Assembly: GCA_963718915.1 (NCBI GenBank)
Contig: CAVRAI010000001.1
Location: 210,001 to 242,000, forward strand
Origin: an uncultured Chloroflexia bacterium
GTDB taxonomy: Bacteria > Chloroflexota > Ktedonobacteria > Ktedonobacterales > JADMIN01
Direction of reading: 5' to 3'
Length of the DNA stretch: 32,000 nucleotides
Within the stretch, counting starts at the first letter, position 1. Each line of letters begins with the position of its first letter. This document shows, one piece after another, positions 24,228-32,000 of this stretch. The notes under the pieces are model-generated. The model worked only from the letters and a program-made list of their open reading frames with translations, was not told the DNA's origin and did not search any database. A program made the translations under genes and the position numbers.

Positions 24228-24848
24228 ATGAAGGCTATCATGACGCAGTACCGACTCCCATCCCTGGCGAAGTTTGTGATTGGGATAGTCGTCCTTCCCG
24301 TCACGCTCACACTGCTGCTTGCCGGACCTGTGGCTGCCGCCTCTGGGAGCCATACCACCAGTAACCGTGGCCACGACGGCCACGACAGCCACGACAGTCT
24401 CATCAGCGTCATCCTCGCCACCGCGCGCTACAACAGTGTGGCCGTGGCGCAGGCGCACAAGTACGCGCTCTTCCCTGATGCTGCGGGAATCGCATGCATC
24501 GATAATCCAGGCGTCGGCGCAATGGGCGTCCATTACGTCAACGGCGACCTAGTCGGATCCGGGCAGGTTGTGCCCACCAAGCCGCAGGCGCTTGTCTATG
24601 AACCGGAGAAAAACGGCCGATTGCGCCTGGTCGCCGTTGAATATATCGCCTTCCAGCAGCAGTGGGACGCGACACACCATGCGCCGCCGATGCTGTTTGG
24701 CCAGCACTTCATGTTGTCGCCAGACGGGAACCGCTTCGGGATACCGGCATTCTACTCACTGCACGTCTGGATCTGGAAGTTCAATCCGAGCGGCCTGTTC
24801 TCGATGTGGAATCCGCTGGTGCACTGCGGCGCGACAACATCCGCATAG
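24228..24848 (+). CDS. Secreted hypothetical protein with a His/Asp-rich N-terminal repeat
   Basis: The ATG follows AAGGAGG. Signal/TM segment FVIGIVVLPVTLTLLLAGPVAAA, then GHDGHDSHDS. The conserved-looking core is GAMGVHYVN...LVYEP...FYSLHVWIWKFNPSGLFSMWNP. No family name recalled. Confidence 0.65.
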   Translation: MKAIMTQYRLPSLAKFVIGIVVLPVTLTLLLAGPVAAASGSHTTSNRGHDGHDSHDSLISVILATARYNSVAVAQAHKYALFPDAAGIACIDNPGVGAMGVHYVNGDLVGSGQVVPTKPQALVYEPEKNGRLRLVAVEYIAFQQQWDATHHAPPMLFGQHFMLSPDGNRFGIPAFYSLHVWIWKFNPSGLFSMWNPLVHCGATTSA

Positions 24849-24893
24849 CGCTCGCCTGACCGCAACATCCCAGGCAAACTCAATAGCAAGCAA

Positions 24894-24924
24894 TATGGGG
24901 GCGTACAAAGCGTTCGCCCCCATA
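24894..24924 (+). terminator. Stem-loop downstream of the secreted-protein gene
   Basis: tatgggggcg (24894-24903) pairs with cgcccccata (24915-24924) across an 11-nt loop, 46 nt after the stop. No strong T-tract. Confidence 0.45.
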
Positions 24925-25245
24925 ATCCTGGTTCACTCGCCGCGACACCCCCTGATTCCCTTCGCCATCACGCCATATACTGGATTATCGCCCGCCTGCG
25001 GAGCTACCGCGATTCTGACGCAGTGCGCTGCTATTGCCTGTTTGCGCGCATATCGTGTCGCGACTTTCCCTCCTCTGCCTGCGGATAGGCTGGAACTACC
25101 CTCGCAAACCCGCCTCTCGACTGTAGAAAGCGGCCAGATGTCTCCCTATGATCAAGATGCGGCCGGATGTGGCCTCTTATGACCTGTTTCACACCAGATA
25201 TGCATCCAATTGACGATACACCTATGGGGAGGCGAGAGGTCAACG

Positions 25246-28005
25246 ATGGCAACGCAAGAGCGCCAGCGACTTCAGGAAGCGCATGACAATACACATCACT
25301 GGAAGAAGTGGGGACCCTATTTGAGCGAGCGACAATGGGGGACGGTGCGCGAGGACTACAGTGCGAGCGGCAATGCATGGGACTATTTTAGTCACGAACA
25401 GGCACGTGCGCGGGCCTATCGTTGGGGGGAAGATGGCATCGCGGGCATTTCTGATGACCAGCAACAGCTCTGCTTCGCGCTCGCCTTCTGGAACGGCGCT
25501 GATTCCATCCTCAAAGAGCGCTTGTTCGGGCTTACGAATTCAGAGGGTAACCATGGAGAAGATGTGAAGGAATACTACTTTTATCTCGATAGTACGCCGA
25601 CCCATTCGTACATGAAATACCTCTATAAGTATCCACAGACGGCCTATCCCTATGCTGATCTGGTCGACACGAATCGACGACGAAGCCGCTCCGACCCGGA
25701 ATACGAATTGCTCGACACAGGCGTCTTCGACCAGGATCGCTACTTTGATATCGTCATCGAGTATGCCAAGCGCTCTCCCGAAGACATTCTCATTCAGATC
25801 ACCGTGTACAATCGCGGCGATAACCAGGCCTCGCTGTACGTGCTGCCGACACTTTGGTTTCGCAATACCTGGACCTGGACCGCAGGTACTCGCAAGCCAC
25901 GCATAGAGCAGGGTGAGCTGGATGGCACAGGATATGTGATGAAGGCCGCCCACGACGTGCTCGGCAAGAAATTCCTCTATTGTGAAGGTGCGGAGGATCT
26001 CCTATTCACCGAGAATGAGACGAATCTCCAGCGACTCTACGGCGTGGCGAATGCCTCGCCGTACTGCAAGGACGGCATCAATGATGCCGTGGTGGAGGGG
26101 AATAGCGCCGCTGTCAACCCTCAACACATCGGGACCAAGGCAGCAGCGCAGTACCAACTCACGCTGGGGCCCGGCGAGTCCCATACCATCCGATTGCGGC
26201 TGCGGGACATTCCTCCATCCAGAATCACCACAGGGAACGGTGCAAGCAGCATTGTCGGACGGGACTTCGATCAGATCATCCAGAGACGCCGCGAGGAGGC
26301 GGACCAATTTTACGCCAGTATTACGCCGTCGAGTGTGACGGACGATGCCCGCAACGTCATGCGTCAGGCGCTGGCAGGTATGTTGTGGAGTAAGCAATTC
26401 TACAATTACGATGTCGAGCGGTGGCTTGTCGGCGACGTGCCGGCAGAACCGGCCCCGCCGCCAGCACACGAACACGGACGCAATGCCGACTGGTACCACC
26501 TCCGCGCCGCCGACGTCCTCTCCATGCCTGACAAGTGGGAGTATCCATGGTTCGCCTCTTGGGATCTTGCCGTGCACACCATCGCGCTTGCCGTGGTTGA
26601 CCTCGACTTCGCGAAAGATCAGCTTCACCAAATGGTGCGAGCCCTCTACGAGCATCCGAACGGCCAGATACCCGCCTATGAATGGGCCTTCGGAGATGTC
26701 AATCCCCCGATCCATGCCTGGGCTACATGGCGCGTCTACCTGACCGAGCGCGAGCAGCGGGGAACAGGAGACATAGACTTTCTCAAGCGGATATTCAACA
26801 AGCTGCTTCTGAACTTCACATGGTGGGTCAACCGCAAAGATGCGTTTGGCAACAACATCTTCGAGGGTGGCTTTCTGGGTCTGGATAACATCGGCGTCTT
26901 CGACCGCAGCGCTCCGCTGCCGACAGGCGGCACGCTCGAACAGTCTGATGGCACGAGCTGGATGGCTTTCTACTGCCTGATGATGATGCAGATTTCCCTG
27001 GAACTCGCACGGGACGAACCGGCCTACGCGGAGATGGCAATAAAATTCTTGCAGCACTTCGTCTACATTGCTCTGGCAATGGACAAGATCGGTCCCCACG
27101 GCGACTCGCTCTGGGATGAGGAGGACGGATTTTTCTATGATCTGCTGCGCCTGCCAGACGGGAGCACCGAGCGCCTGAAGGTACGGTCGCTTGTAGGCCT
27201 CCTGCCGCTGTGCGCAATGGCGCTCATCCCACCGCAATCACTCGAAGAACTTCCCGGCATTCGCCAAGTCCTGGAGCTCTACGCTCAGGAGCATCCCGCC
27301 TTGAGAGAGATCGGACTCTTTACGCAGCCAGGCCAATACGATATTCGCTTGTTGGGCGTTCTAAGCGAGGATAAATTACGACGTATCTTGCGTCGTATGC
27401 TCGACGAAGAAGAGTTTCTAAGCCCGTACGGTATTCGCGCCATCTCGCGCTATCACAAGGACCACCCCTATCAGTTGTGGGTCGGCGGACAGGAATGGCG
27501 CGTTGACTATGAGCCAGCAGAGTCGTCTACGGGTCTGTTTGGTGGCAACTCAAACTGGCGGGGGCCGGTCTGGATGCCAGTAAATCTCCTGCTCGTTGAG
27601 GCGCTTGCGAAGCTCGGCTTCTACTTTGGCGAGACCTTCAAGATTGAGTTCCCTACTGGCTCTGAGAACCTCCTGACGCTTGGCCAGGTGGCCGACGAAA
27701 TCGGTAAGCGCCTTATTGGCGCCTTCCTGCGTAGTGAGGCGGACACGGTTGATAGTCAGCATCGAGGCCGTCGACCGATCTACGGAGGGACGGAGAAGTT
27801 CCAGAGCGACCCGTACTGGTATGACCTGATCCTGTTCTACGAATATATCCATGGCGACAACGGAGCCGGGATTGGCGCCAGCCACCAAACTGGTTGGACG
27901 GGGGCAGTCGCGGCACTCATCAAGGCAGCTGGCAACCTCCCAGGCCAGATCGACACCCTTGTCCAGGGAGCGAAGCTCCGACCAACCGCCGTTCATGCCG
28001 GGTAG
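25246..28005 (+). CDS. GH63-family / MGH1-like glycoside hydrolase (glucosidase)
   Basis: About 919 aa from ATG 25246. The N-terminus, HHWKKWGPYLSERQWGTVREDYSASGNAWDYFSHEQARARAYRWGEDGIAGISD, and later WEYPWFASWDLAVH and YEWAFGDVNPPIHAW are characteristic of this roughly 900-aa bacterial glucosidase family. Confidence 0.8.
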   Translation: MATQERQRLQEAHDNTHHWKKWGPYLSERQWGTVREDYSASGNAWDYFSHEQARARAYRWGEDGIAGISDDQQQLCFALAFWNGADSILKERLFGLTNSEGNHGEDVKEYYFYLDSTPTHSYMKYLYKYPQTAYPYADLVDTNRRRSRSDPEYELLDTGVFDQDRYFDIVIEYAKRSPEDILIQITVYNRGDNQASLYVLPTLWFRNTWTWTAGTRKPRIEQGELDGTGYVMKAAHDVLGKKFLYCEGAEDLLFTENETNLQRLYGVANASPYCKDGINDAVVEGNSAAVNPQHIGTKAAAQYQLTLGPGESHTIRLRLRDIPPSRITTGNGASSIVGRDFDQIIQRRREEADQFYASITPSSVTDDARNVMRQALAGMLWSKQFYNYDVERWLVGDVPAEPAPPPAHEHGRNADWYHLRAADVLSMPDKWEYPWFASWDLAVHTIALAVVDLDFAKDQLHQMVRALYEHPNGQIPAYEWAFGDVNPPIHAWATWRVYLTEREQRGTGDIDFLKRIFNKLLLNFTWWVNRKDAFGNNIFEGGFLGLDNIGVFDRSAPLPTGGTLEQSDGTSWMAFYCLMMMQISLELARDEPAYAEMAIKFLQHFVYIALAMDKIGPHGDSLWDEEDGFFYDLLRLPDGSTERLKVRSLVGLLPLCAMALIPPQSLEELPGIRQVLELYAQEHPALREIGLFTQPGQYDIRLLGVLSEDKLRRILRRMLDEEEFLSPYGIRAISRYHKDHPYQLWVGGQEWRVDYEPAESSTGLFGGNSNWRGPVWMPVNLLLVEALAKLGFYFGETFKIEFPTGSENLLTLGQVADEIGKRLIGAFLRSEADTVDSQHRGRRPIYGGTEKFQSDPYWYDLILFYEYIHGDNGAGIGASHQTGWTGAVAALIKAAGNLPGQIDTLVQGAKLRPTAVHAG

Positions 28006-28045
28006 GCTACATACTCACACTGGTTCGATGACCTAGGAGAACATA

Positions 28046-30166
28046 GTGAATCAGCCGACGCACGGTGTAACGGTCGTTCGCCAACCGCTGCTTCATTTCG
28101 GCCGGGAGGTCTGCGGCGACCTGGCGGCTGCTCTCCGTCGGGAGTGGCTCGTCACCAATGGGCTTGGTGGATATGCCTCCAGTACCTTGGCCGGAATGAA
28201 CACCCGCAGCTATCACGGACTTCTTGTCGCTGCCCTCAACCCACCTGTTGATCGGACGGTGCTGGTAGCTGGGTTGATGGAGTGGGTGACATACGATGGG
28301 GTCCGTTATCCGCTCTCTACCAACGAGTATGGCGATGGCACAATCGATCCGCATGGCTACCGCTACCTCGAATCCTTCGCACTGGAGGGCATGTTACCGG
28401 TGTGGGTCTTTGCCCTCGCCGATGCGCTGGTGGAGCGCCGCATCTGGATGGCTCACGGAACGAACACCACCTATGTGAGCTATCGTCTCTTGCGAGGCTC
28501 CCAGAACATCCACCTGGAGATTACACCGCTCGTCACCTATCACGGTTTTCATACGTTGTCCTCAGGCCAGGGATGGCAGCCAGGCGTCGAATCAGGCGCG
28601 CGAGACGCCACGATTCATGCATTCGAGAGCGCAGTTCCGTTCGCGCTGGTGGCCAGTGGTGGAACGTTTGCGCCAGGCGGTAGTTGGTGGTGGAACTTCA
28701 AATATCGCATGGAAACCGAGCGCGGGCTGCCAGATCATGGGGACTTATATGCGCCTGGTACGTTTTCCTCGGCGTTTTCGCTGGCGCAGGGTGATCCCAT
28801 GTACACTCTTACCCTCACGACCGAGACAAGCGCACCGCTCCTGGATGGCGCAACAGCGTTTGCCGCCGCACGCGAGCGGCAGTTGCGATTGCTGCGCCGC
28901 GCGGAGGTAATAGACGCTGACCCATTTGTGCAACAACTCACCCTCGCCGCGGACCAGTTTATTGTCGAGCGCAGACTCGCGCACTCCGTTAGTCCAGCTA
29001 ATATACCGAATTCGGCGCTGTCTCAGACACCCCGGCAAGCAGGGCATCGTCCAACGACGCAGAAGACCATTATCGCCGGATATCACTGGTTCAATGATTG
29101 GGGACGGGATACGATGATCTCGCTCCCAGGACTGACGCTTGCGACTGGCCGCGCCGACGAGATGGCGGATATCCTGAGAGGCTTTGCATCCTATATCTCC
29201 AATGGGCTCTTACCCAATAACTTCCCTGATCAGACAGGTCAGATCCCCGGTTACAATACCTGCGATGCCACTCTCTGGTACGTGCTTGCCCTGCGCGCCT
29301 ACGCTCTGGCAACTGGCGACGAGGCGCTCGTCGATGAGCTGCTGCCGGTCGTACGCGACATCGTCGCATGTCACATAGCTGGTACACGTTACTCGATCGG
29401 CGTTGATCCAGCCGACGGCCTCCTTCATGCTGGTGAGCCAGGTGTGCAACTTACCTGGATGGATGCCAGGATCGGAGACTATGTTGTGACGCCACGTATC
29501 GGCAAACCGGTGGAGATCAACGCTCTCTGGTACAATACACTCCGAACGCTTGCCGCATTATTGACGACACGAGAAGCTCGTGCAGCCGAGGAGTACGCGG
29601 CCCAGGCAGATCGTGTGCGCGAGTCGTTCGTCAAACGTTTCTGGCGAGCCAATCACACCACTCTGGCCGATGTGGTGGATGGCCCAGACGGCGATGACTG
29701 GACGGTGCGCCCGAACCAGATCTTCGCGGTCTCACTTCCATTCCCACTGCTGGAGGGAGCAGCTGCCGCCGCCGTTGTTGACGCGGTGGGGCAGACGCTT
29801 CTGACGTCGTACGGTCTGCGCTCGCTCAGCCCCAACGATGCTCGCTACCATGGCACATATGGCGGAAACCAATACCAGCGCGACTCTACCTATCATCAGG
29901 GGCCGGTCTGGACATGGCTGATGGGCGCCTTTGTCGAAGCGCACTACCGTGTCCACCACGACCTGGTCGCCGCGCTCGCATTTCTGCGCCCATTTGAGGA
30001 CCACCTGCATGATGCCGGGCTAGGAAGTATCTCAGAGATCCTGGACGGAGATCCCCCGCATCGGCCACGTGGATGCATCGCCCAAGCCTGGGGCGTAGCG
30101 GAAGTCCTGCGCATGTGGCGGCTACTCGAGCGAGACATCAAAACCGCTCAGGTGACTGTCGGCTGA
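28046..30166 (+). CDS. Glycogen debranching enzyme (amylo-alpha-1,6-glucosidase, archaeal/bacterial GDE type)
   Basis: The GTG start lies 40 nt after the GH63 gene. Motifs WLVTNGLGGYASSTLAGMNTRSYHGLL (GDE N-terminal domain), GYHWFNDWGRDTMISLPGL, CDATLWY and EILDGDPPHRPRGCIAQAWG. Confidence 0.85.
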   Translation: MNQPTHGVTVVRQPLLHFGREVCGDLAAALRREWLVTNGLGGYASSTLAGMNTRSYHGLLVAALNPPVDRTVLVAGLMEWVTYDGVRYPLSTNEYGDGTIDPHGYRYLESFALEGMLPVWVFALADALVERRIWMAHGTNTTYVSYRLLRGSQNIHLEITPLVTYHGFHTLSSGQGWQPGVESGARDATIHAFESAVPFALVASGGTFAPGGSWWWNFKYRMETERGLPDHGDLYAPGTFSSAFSLAQGDPMYTLTLTTETSAPLLDGATAFAAARERQLRLLRRAEVIDADPFVQQLTLAADQFIVERRLAHSVSPANIPNSALSQTPRQAGHRPTTQKTIIAGYHWFNDWGRDTMISLPGLTLATGRADEMADILRGFASYISNGLLPNNFPDQTGQIPGYNTCDATLWYVLALRAYALATGDEALVDELLPVVRDIVACHIAGTRYSIGVDPADGLLHAGEPGVQLTWMDARIGDYVVTPRIGKPVEINALWYNTLRTLAALLTTREARAAEEYAAQADRVRESFVKRFWRANHTTLADVVDGPDGDDWTVRPNQIFAVSLPFPLLEGAAAAAVVDAVGQTLLTSYGLRSLSPNDARYHGTYGGNQYQRDSTYHQGPVWTWLMGAFVEAHYRVHHDLVAALAFLRPFEDHLHDAGLGSISEILDGDPPHRPRGCIAQAWGVAEVLRMWRLLERDIKTAQVTVG

Positions 30167-30241
30167 CAGCCAACGCGAAGGCGCCACGCTCCGCCAGAGA
30201 TGGCGCGTGTCGTATGTGTCGCATATAGCGGGCAAGCCGCA

Positions 30242-30571
30242 CTACTGTCTGCGAAAGTCAAAGTGGACGACGTTGCGCTCTGGCGCCTCGCCCAGGAATG
30301 GTTCGGCGACAAGCCATGTCTCGCAACTGTTACGCACTGCGAGTGCCTCGGCAAGCTTCAGCGCAGTCGTGCGGTCAGTCGTATGATAGGCGCTGGTCGA
30401 GTCCCAGTCAGTGATACCTAACTCCTCTGCCTCAACGATGCGCCGCATATAGCAACCTGCAGGCTCGTCGGGCGGGTAGATGGTCACGCCGATGCGGATG
30501 AAGTACAGTGTTGTGTCAGATTGCGGCCAGCGAAGCCAGTGAGACCAGTCTTCATCGGGCACGGTGGACAC
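30242..30571 (-). CDS. Hypothetical protein (109 aa)
   Basis: The GTG at 30571 is preceded by GAGGAGG (reverse complement of 30581-30587). No family recognised. Confidence 0.5.
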   Translation of the reverse strand: MSTVPDEDWSHWLRWPQSDTTLYFIRIGVTIYPPDEPAGCYMRRIVEAEELGITDWDSTSAYHTTDRTTALKLAEALAVRNSCETWLVAEPFLGEAPERNVVHFDFRRQ

Positions 30572-30684
30572 GGCAATACCTCCTCAACCTTGCTCCGGCG
30601 TGTTCCGTAGCGCCAGAGCACCCCCACCGTAAGGTCTGCTTCGTCGCATGATGCGTGCCGTTATTAACGGCTGTCAGACAACAA

Positions 30685-30713
30685 GGGGGCGAACGCTGTT
30701 ATGCGTCGCCCCC
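30685..30713 (-). terminator. Stem-loop downstream of rbfA
   Basis: gggggcga (30685-30692) pairs with tcgccccc (30706-30713), 47 nt after the rbfA stop on the minus strand. On that strand it is followed by cttgttgtctg. Same GGGGGCG...CGCCCCC style as 24894-24924. Confidence 0.45.
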
Positions 30714-30759
30714 GCTTGCTACGCCATTATCACATGGTCAGCGCAAAACGCGCCGACAT

Positions 30760-31152
30760 TCAATCAGATTCTTCACGCTCGCTCTCGGCGCTTACGGGCA
30801 CGTCAGACTCCTGCTCAACCTGCTTGAGCAGATCCAGCACCCGCGCGCCACGGGCGATAGACTCATCGAGACGGAAAGAAATCTCAGGCACATGGCGAAT
30901 GGTCAGCCGTTGCGCAAGCTCGCGCCGCAGAAATCCGGTCGCGGAATCGAGACCGCGCATGGTCTCGCGCTGCTCCTCCGGGCTGCCCATCACACTCACA
31001 AAGACTTTCGCATAGCGTAGATCGTGTGACACCTCAACACCAGTGATGCTGGCAAAGCCAATACGCGGATCTTTCATGCGCGTGCGTATAAGGTCGCTCA
31101 ACTCGCGGGTGATTGCCCCGCTCAGTTGGTCTTCGCGTCTGTAGTTCCGCAT
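30760..31152 (-). CDS. rbfA: Ribosome-binding factor A
   Basis: 130 aa. LSGAITRELSDLIRTRMKDPRIGFASITGVEVSHDLRYAKVFVSV...LRRELAQRLTIRHVPEISFRLDES is classic RbfA. The RBS is GAAGGAGGTGAAGC. Confidence 0.92.
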   Translation of the reverse strand: MRNYRREDQLSGAITRELSDLIRTRMKDPRIGFASITGVEVSHDLRYAKVFVSVMGSPEEQRETMRGLDSATGFLRRELAQRLTIRHVPEISFRLDESIARGARVLDLLKQVEQESDVPVSAESEREESD

Positions 31153-31337
31153 GCTTCACCTCCTTCGAGCAAGTGAACGCGCCTGCGATCCCTGCCCGCC
31201 CATGGTCCATTCAGCCACAGCGCCGTTGCCGGGTTGCCGCCAGCATACGCCACTGATACCCCCGAGACAAGCCCCCCGGTACTCCGACCGACTCCGACCG
31301 GGTACCTGCATTCACTCTCCTGTACCCCCTATTTAAA

Positions 31338-31380
31338 GACTCCCCTCACCCAGACGCAAGACATCTGGACAAGGGGAGTC
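31338..31380 (-). terminator. Extended stem-loop just downstream of infB
   Basis: gactcccct (31338-31346) pairs with aggggagtc (31372-31380). An inner helix pairs ccaga with tctgg. On the minus strand the stem-loop is followed by TTTAAAT. It may be a terminator or attenuator. Confidence 0.4.
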
Positions 31381-31423
31381 CATGGATCCCAGTGCGCCGC
31401 CAGGGCGCCATGGGCCGTTCGGG

Positions 31424-32000
31424 CTATACCCGCACCTTGCTAAATGCCTCGACGATGTCGCCAACTTCCAGCGCGTTGTAGTCTTCGAGGATGAGGCCGC
31501 ACTCGTAGCCCTGCGCCACCTCGCGCACATCATCTTTGCCGCGCCGAATCGACTGGATCTGGCCGGTAAAGACCGTCTGGCCGCCGCGCTGGACGCGCAC
31601 CTGCGACGCACGGACAATCTTGCCATCGGTAATACGGCAGCCGCCGATAATGACCTGACGCCCGACCTTGAAGAGCTGCATCACCTCCGCGTGGCCATCT
31701 ACCTGCTCGCGATAGACTGGCTCCAGCAGACCCTTGAGGGCCGCCTCGATATCCTCGACGAGCTTGTAAATGATATTGTACGAGCGAATGTCCACGCCAT
31801 TGATGCTGGCGAGCCGCTGCGCCGCCGGATCCACCTTCACGTTGAAGGCGATGATGATGGCGCTGGATGCCGACGCCAGATAGACGTCGGTCTCGCCGAC
31901 ATTGCCCACGGCATCCTGAATCAGGCGCACCTTCAGGTTTTCCTCGGCGTGCTCCTCGCCGACACGACCCAGCGCGTGCCGGATCGCCTCCGCTGACCCC
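31424..32000 (-). CDS. infB: Translation initiation factor IF-2, C-terminal part (5' end outside the window)
   Basis: The reading frame stays open to the window edge. IIIAFNVKVDPAAQRLASINGVDIRSYNIIYKLVEDIEAALKGLLEP...GGCRITDGKIVR...IQSIRRGKDDVREVAQGYECGLILEDYN is the conserved IF-2 C2 domain. Confidence 0.95.
   Translation of the reverse strand, partial: GSAEAIRHALGRVGEEHAEENLKVRLIQDAVGNVGETDVYLASASSAIIIAFNVKVDPAAQRLASINGVDIRSYNIIYKLVEDIEAALKGLLEPVYREQVDGHAEVMQLFKVGRQVIIGGCRITDGKIVRASQVRVQRGGQTVFTGQIQSIRRGKDDVREVAQGYECGLILEDYNALEVGDIVEAFSKVRV

Noticed and set aside
26002-27237. 411-aa ORF on the minus strand
   Set aside because: It is antisense to the GH63-like gene, whose product has strong family motifs. 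The antisense product has none.
31153-31423. DUF503 (YlxP-like) gene between infB and rbfA
   Set aside because: None of the three minus-strand frames yields a plausible product. The best ORF is an Arg/Gly-rich 51-mer ending inside the rbfA RBS.

Overview
High-GC bacterial chromosomal window. Hand counts give core genes about 65-77% G+C. The style looks Chloroflexota-like (strong GGAGG-type RBSs, many G/C-rich hairpin repeats, a zinc-ribbon-less TnpB), but the taxon cannot be verified from sequence alone. Recognisable housekeeping or metabolic genes are: a two-subunit CoA-transferase, a GNAT acetyltransferase, a SAMHD1-type HD dNTPase, psuG, a SAM methyltransferase, a cupin, an ECF sigma/anti-sigma pair, a Nudix hydrolase, nrnA, a GH63-like glycosidase plus a glycogen debranching enzyme, rbfA, and the 3' end of infB. 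Between them lie visibly lower-GC accessory patches (1-1740, 4500-5260, 6750-8000, 10950-11300, 20200-21400, 25250-27500). Main observations: (1) An ORF absent from the supplied track because it runs off the left edge (1-1422, minus strand). It encodes TIR-like / 2 TM / PH-like / TIR. (2) A solo IS200/IS605-type tnpB (11355-12563) with a non-canonical RuvC-II position and no zinc-ribbon cysteines, sitting about 70 bp upstream of item 3. (3) A two-gene cassette of a stand-alone HAS-barrel-like protein plus a HerA/DUF87 ATPase, with no recognisable nuclease partner. (4) An unusual density of perfect 9-11 bp tandem arrays in 5' leader regions, and in frame inside two genes. (5) Two families of dispersed multi-hairpin repeats. 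One pair lies in inverted orientation and brackets about 6.5 kb. (6) A lipoprotein-like gene interrupted by two compensating frameshifts. No rRNA, tRNA or CRISPR array was seen.
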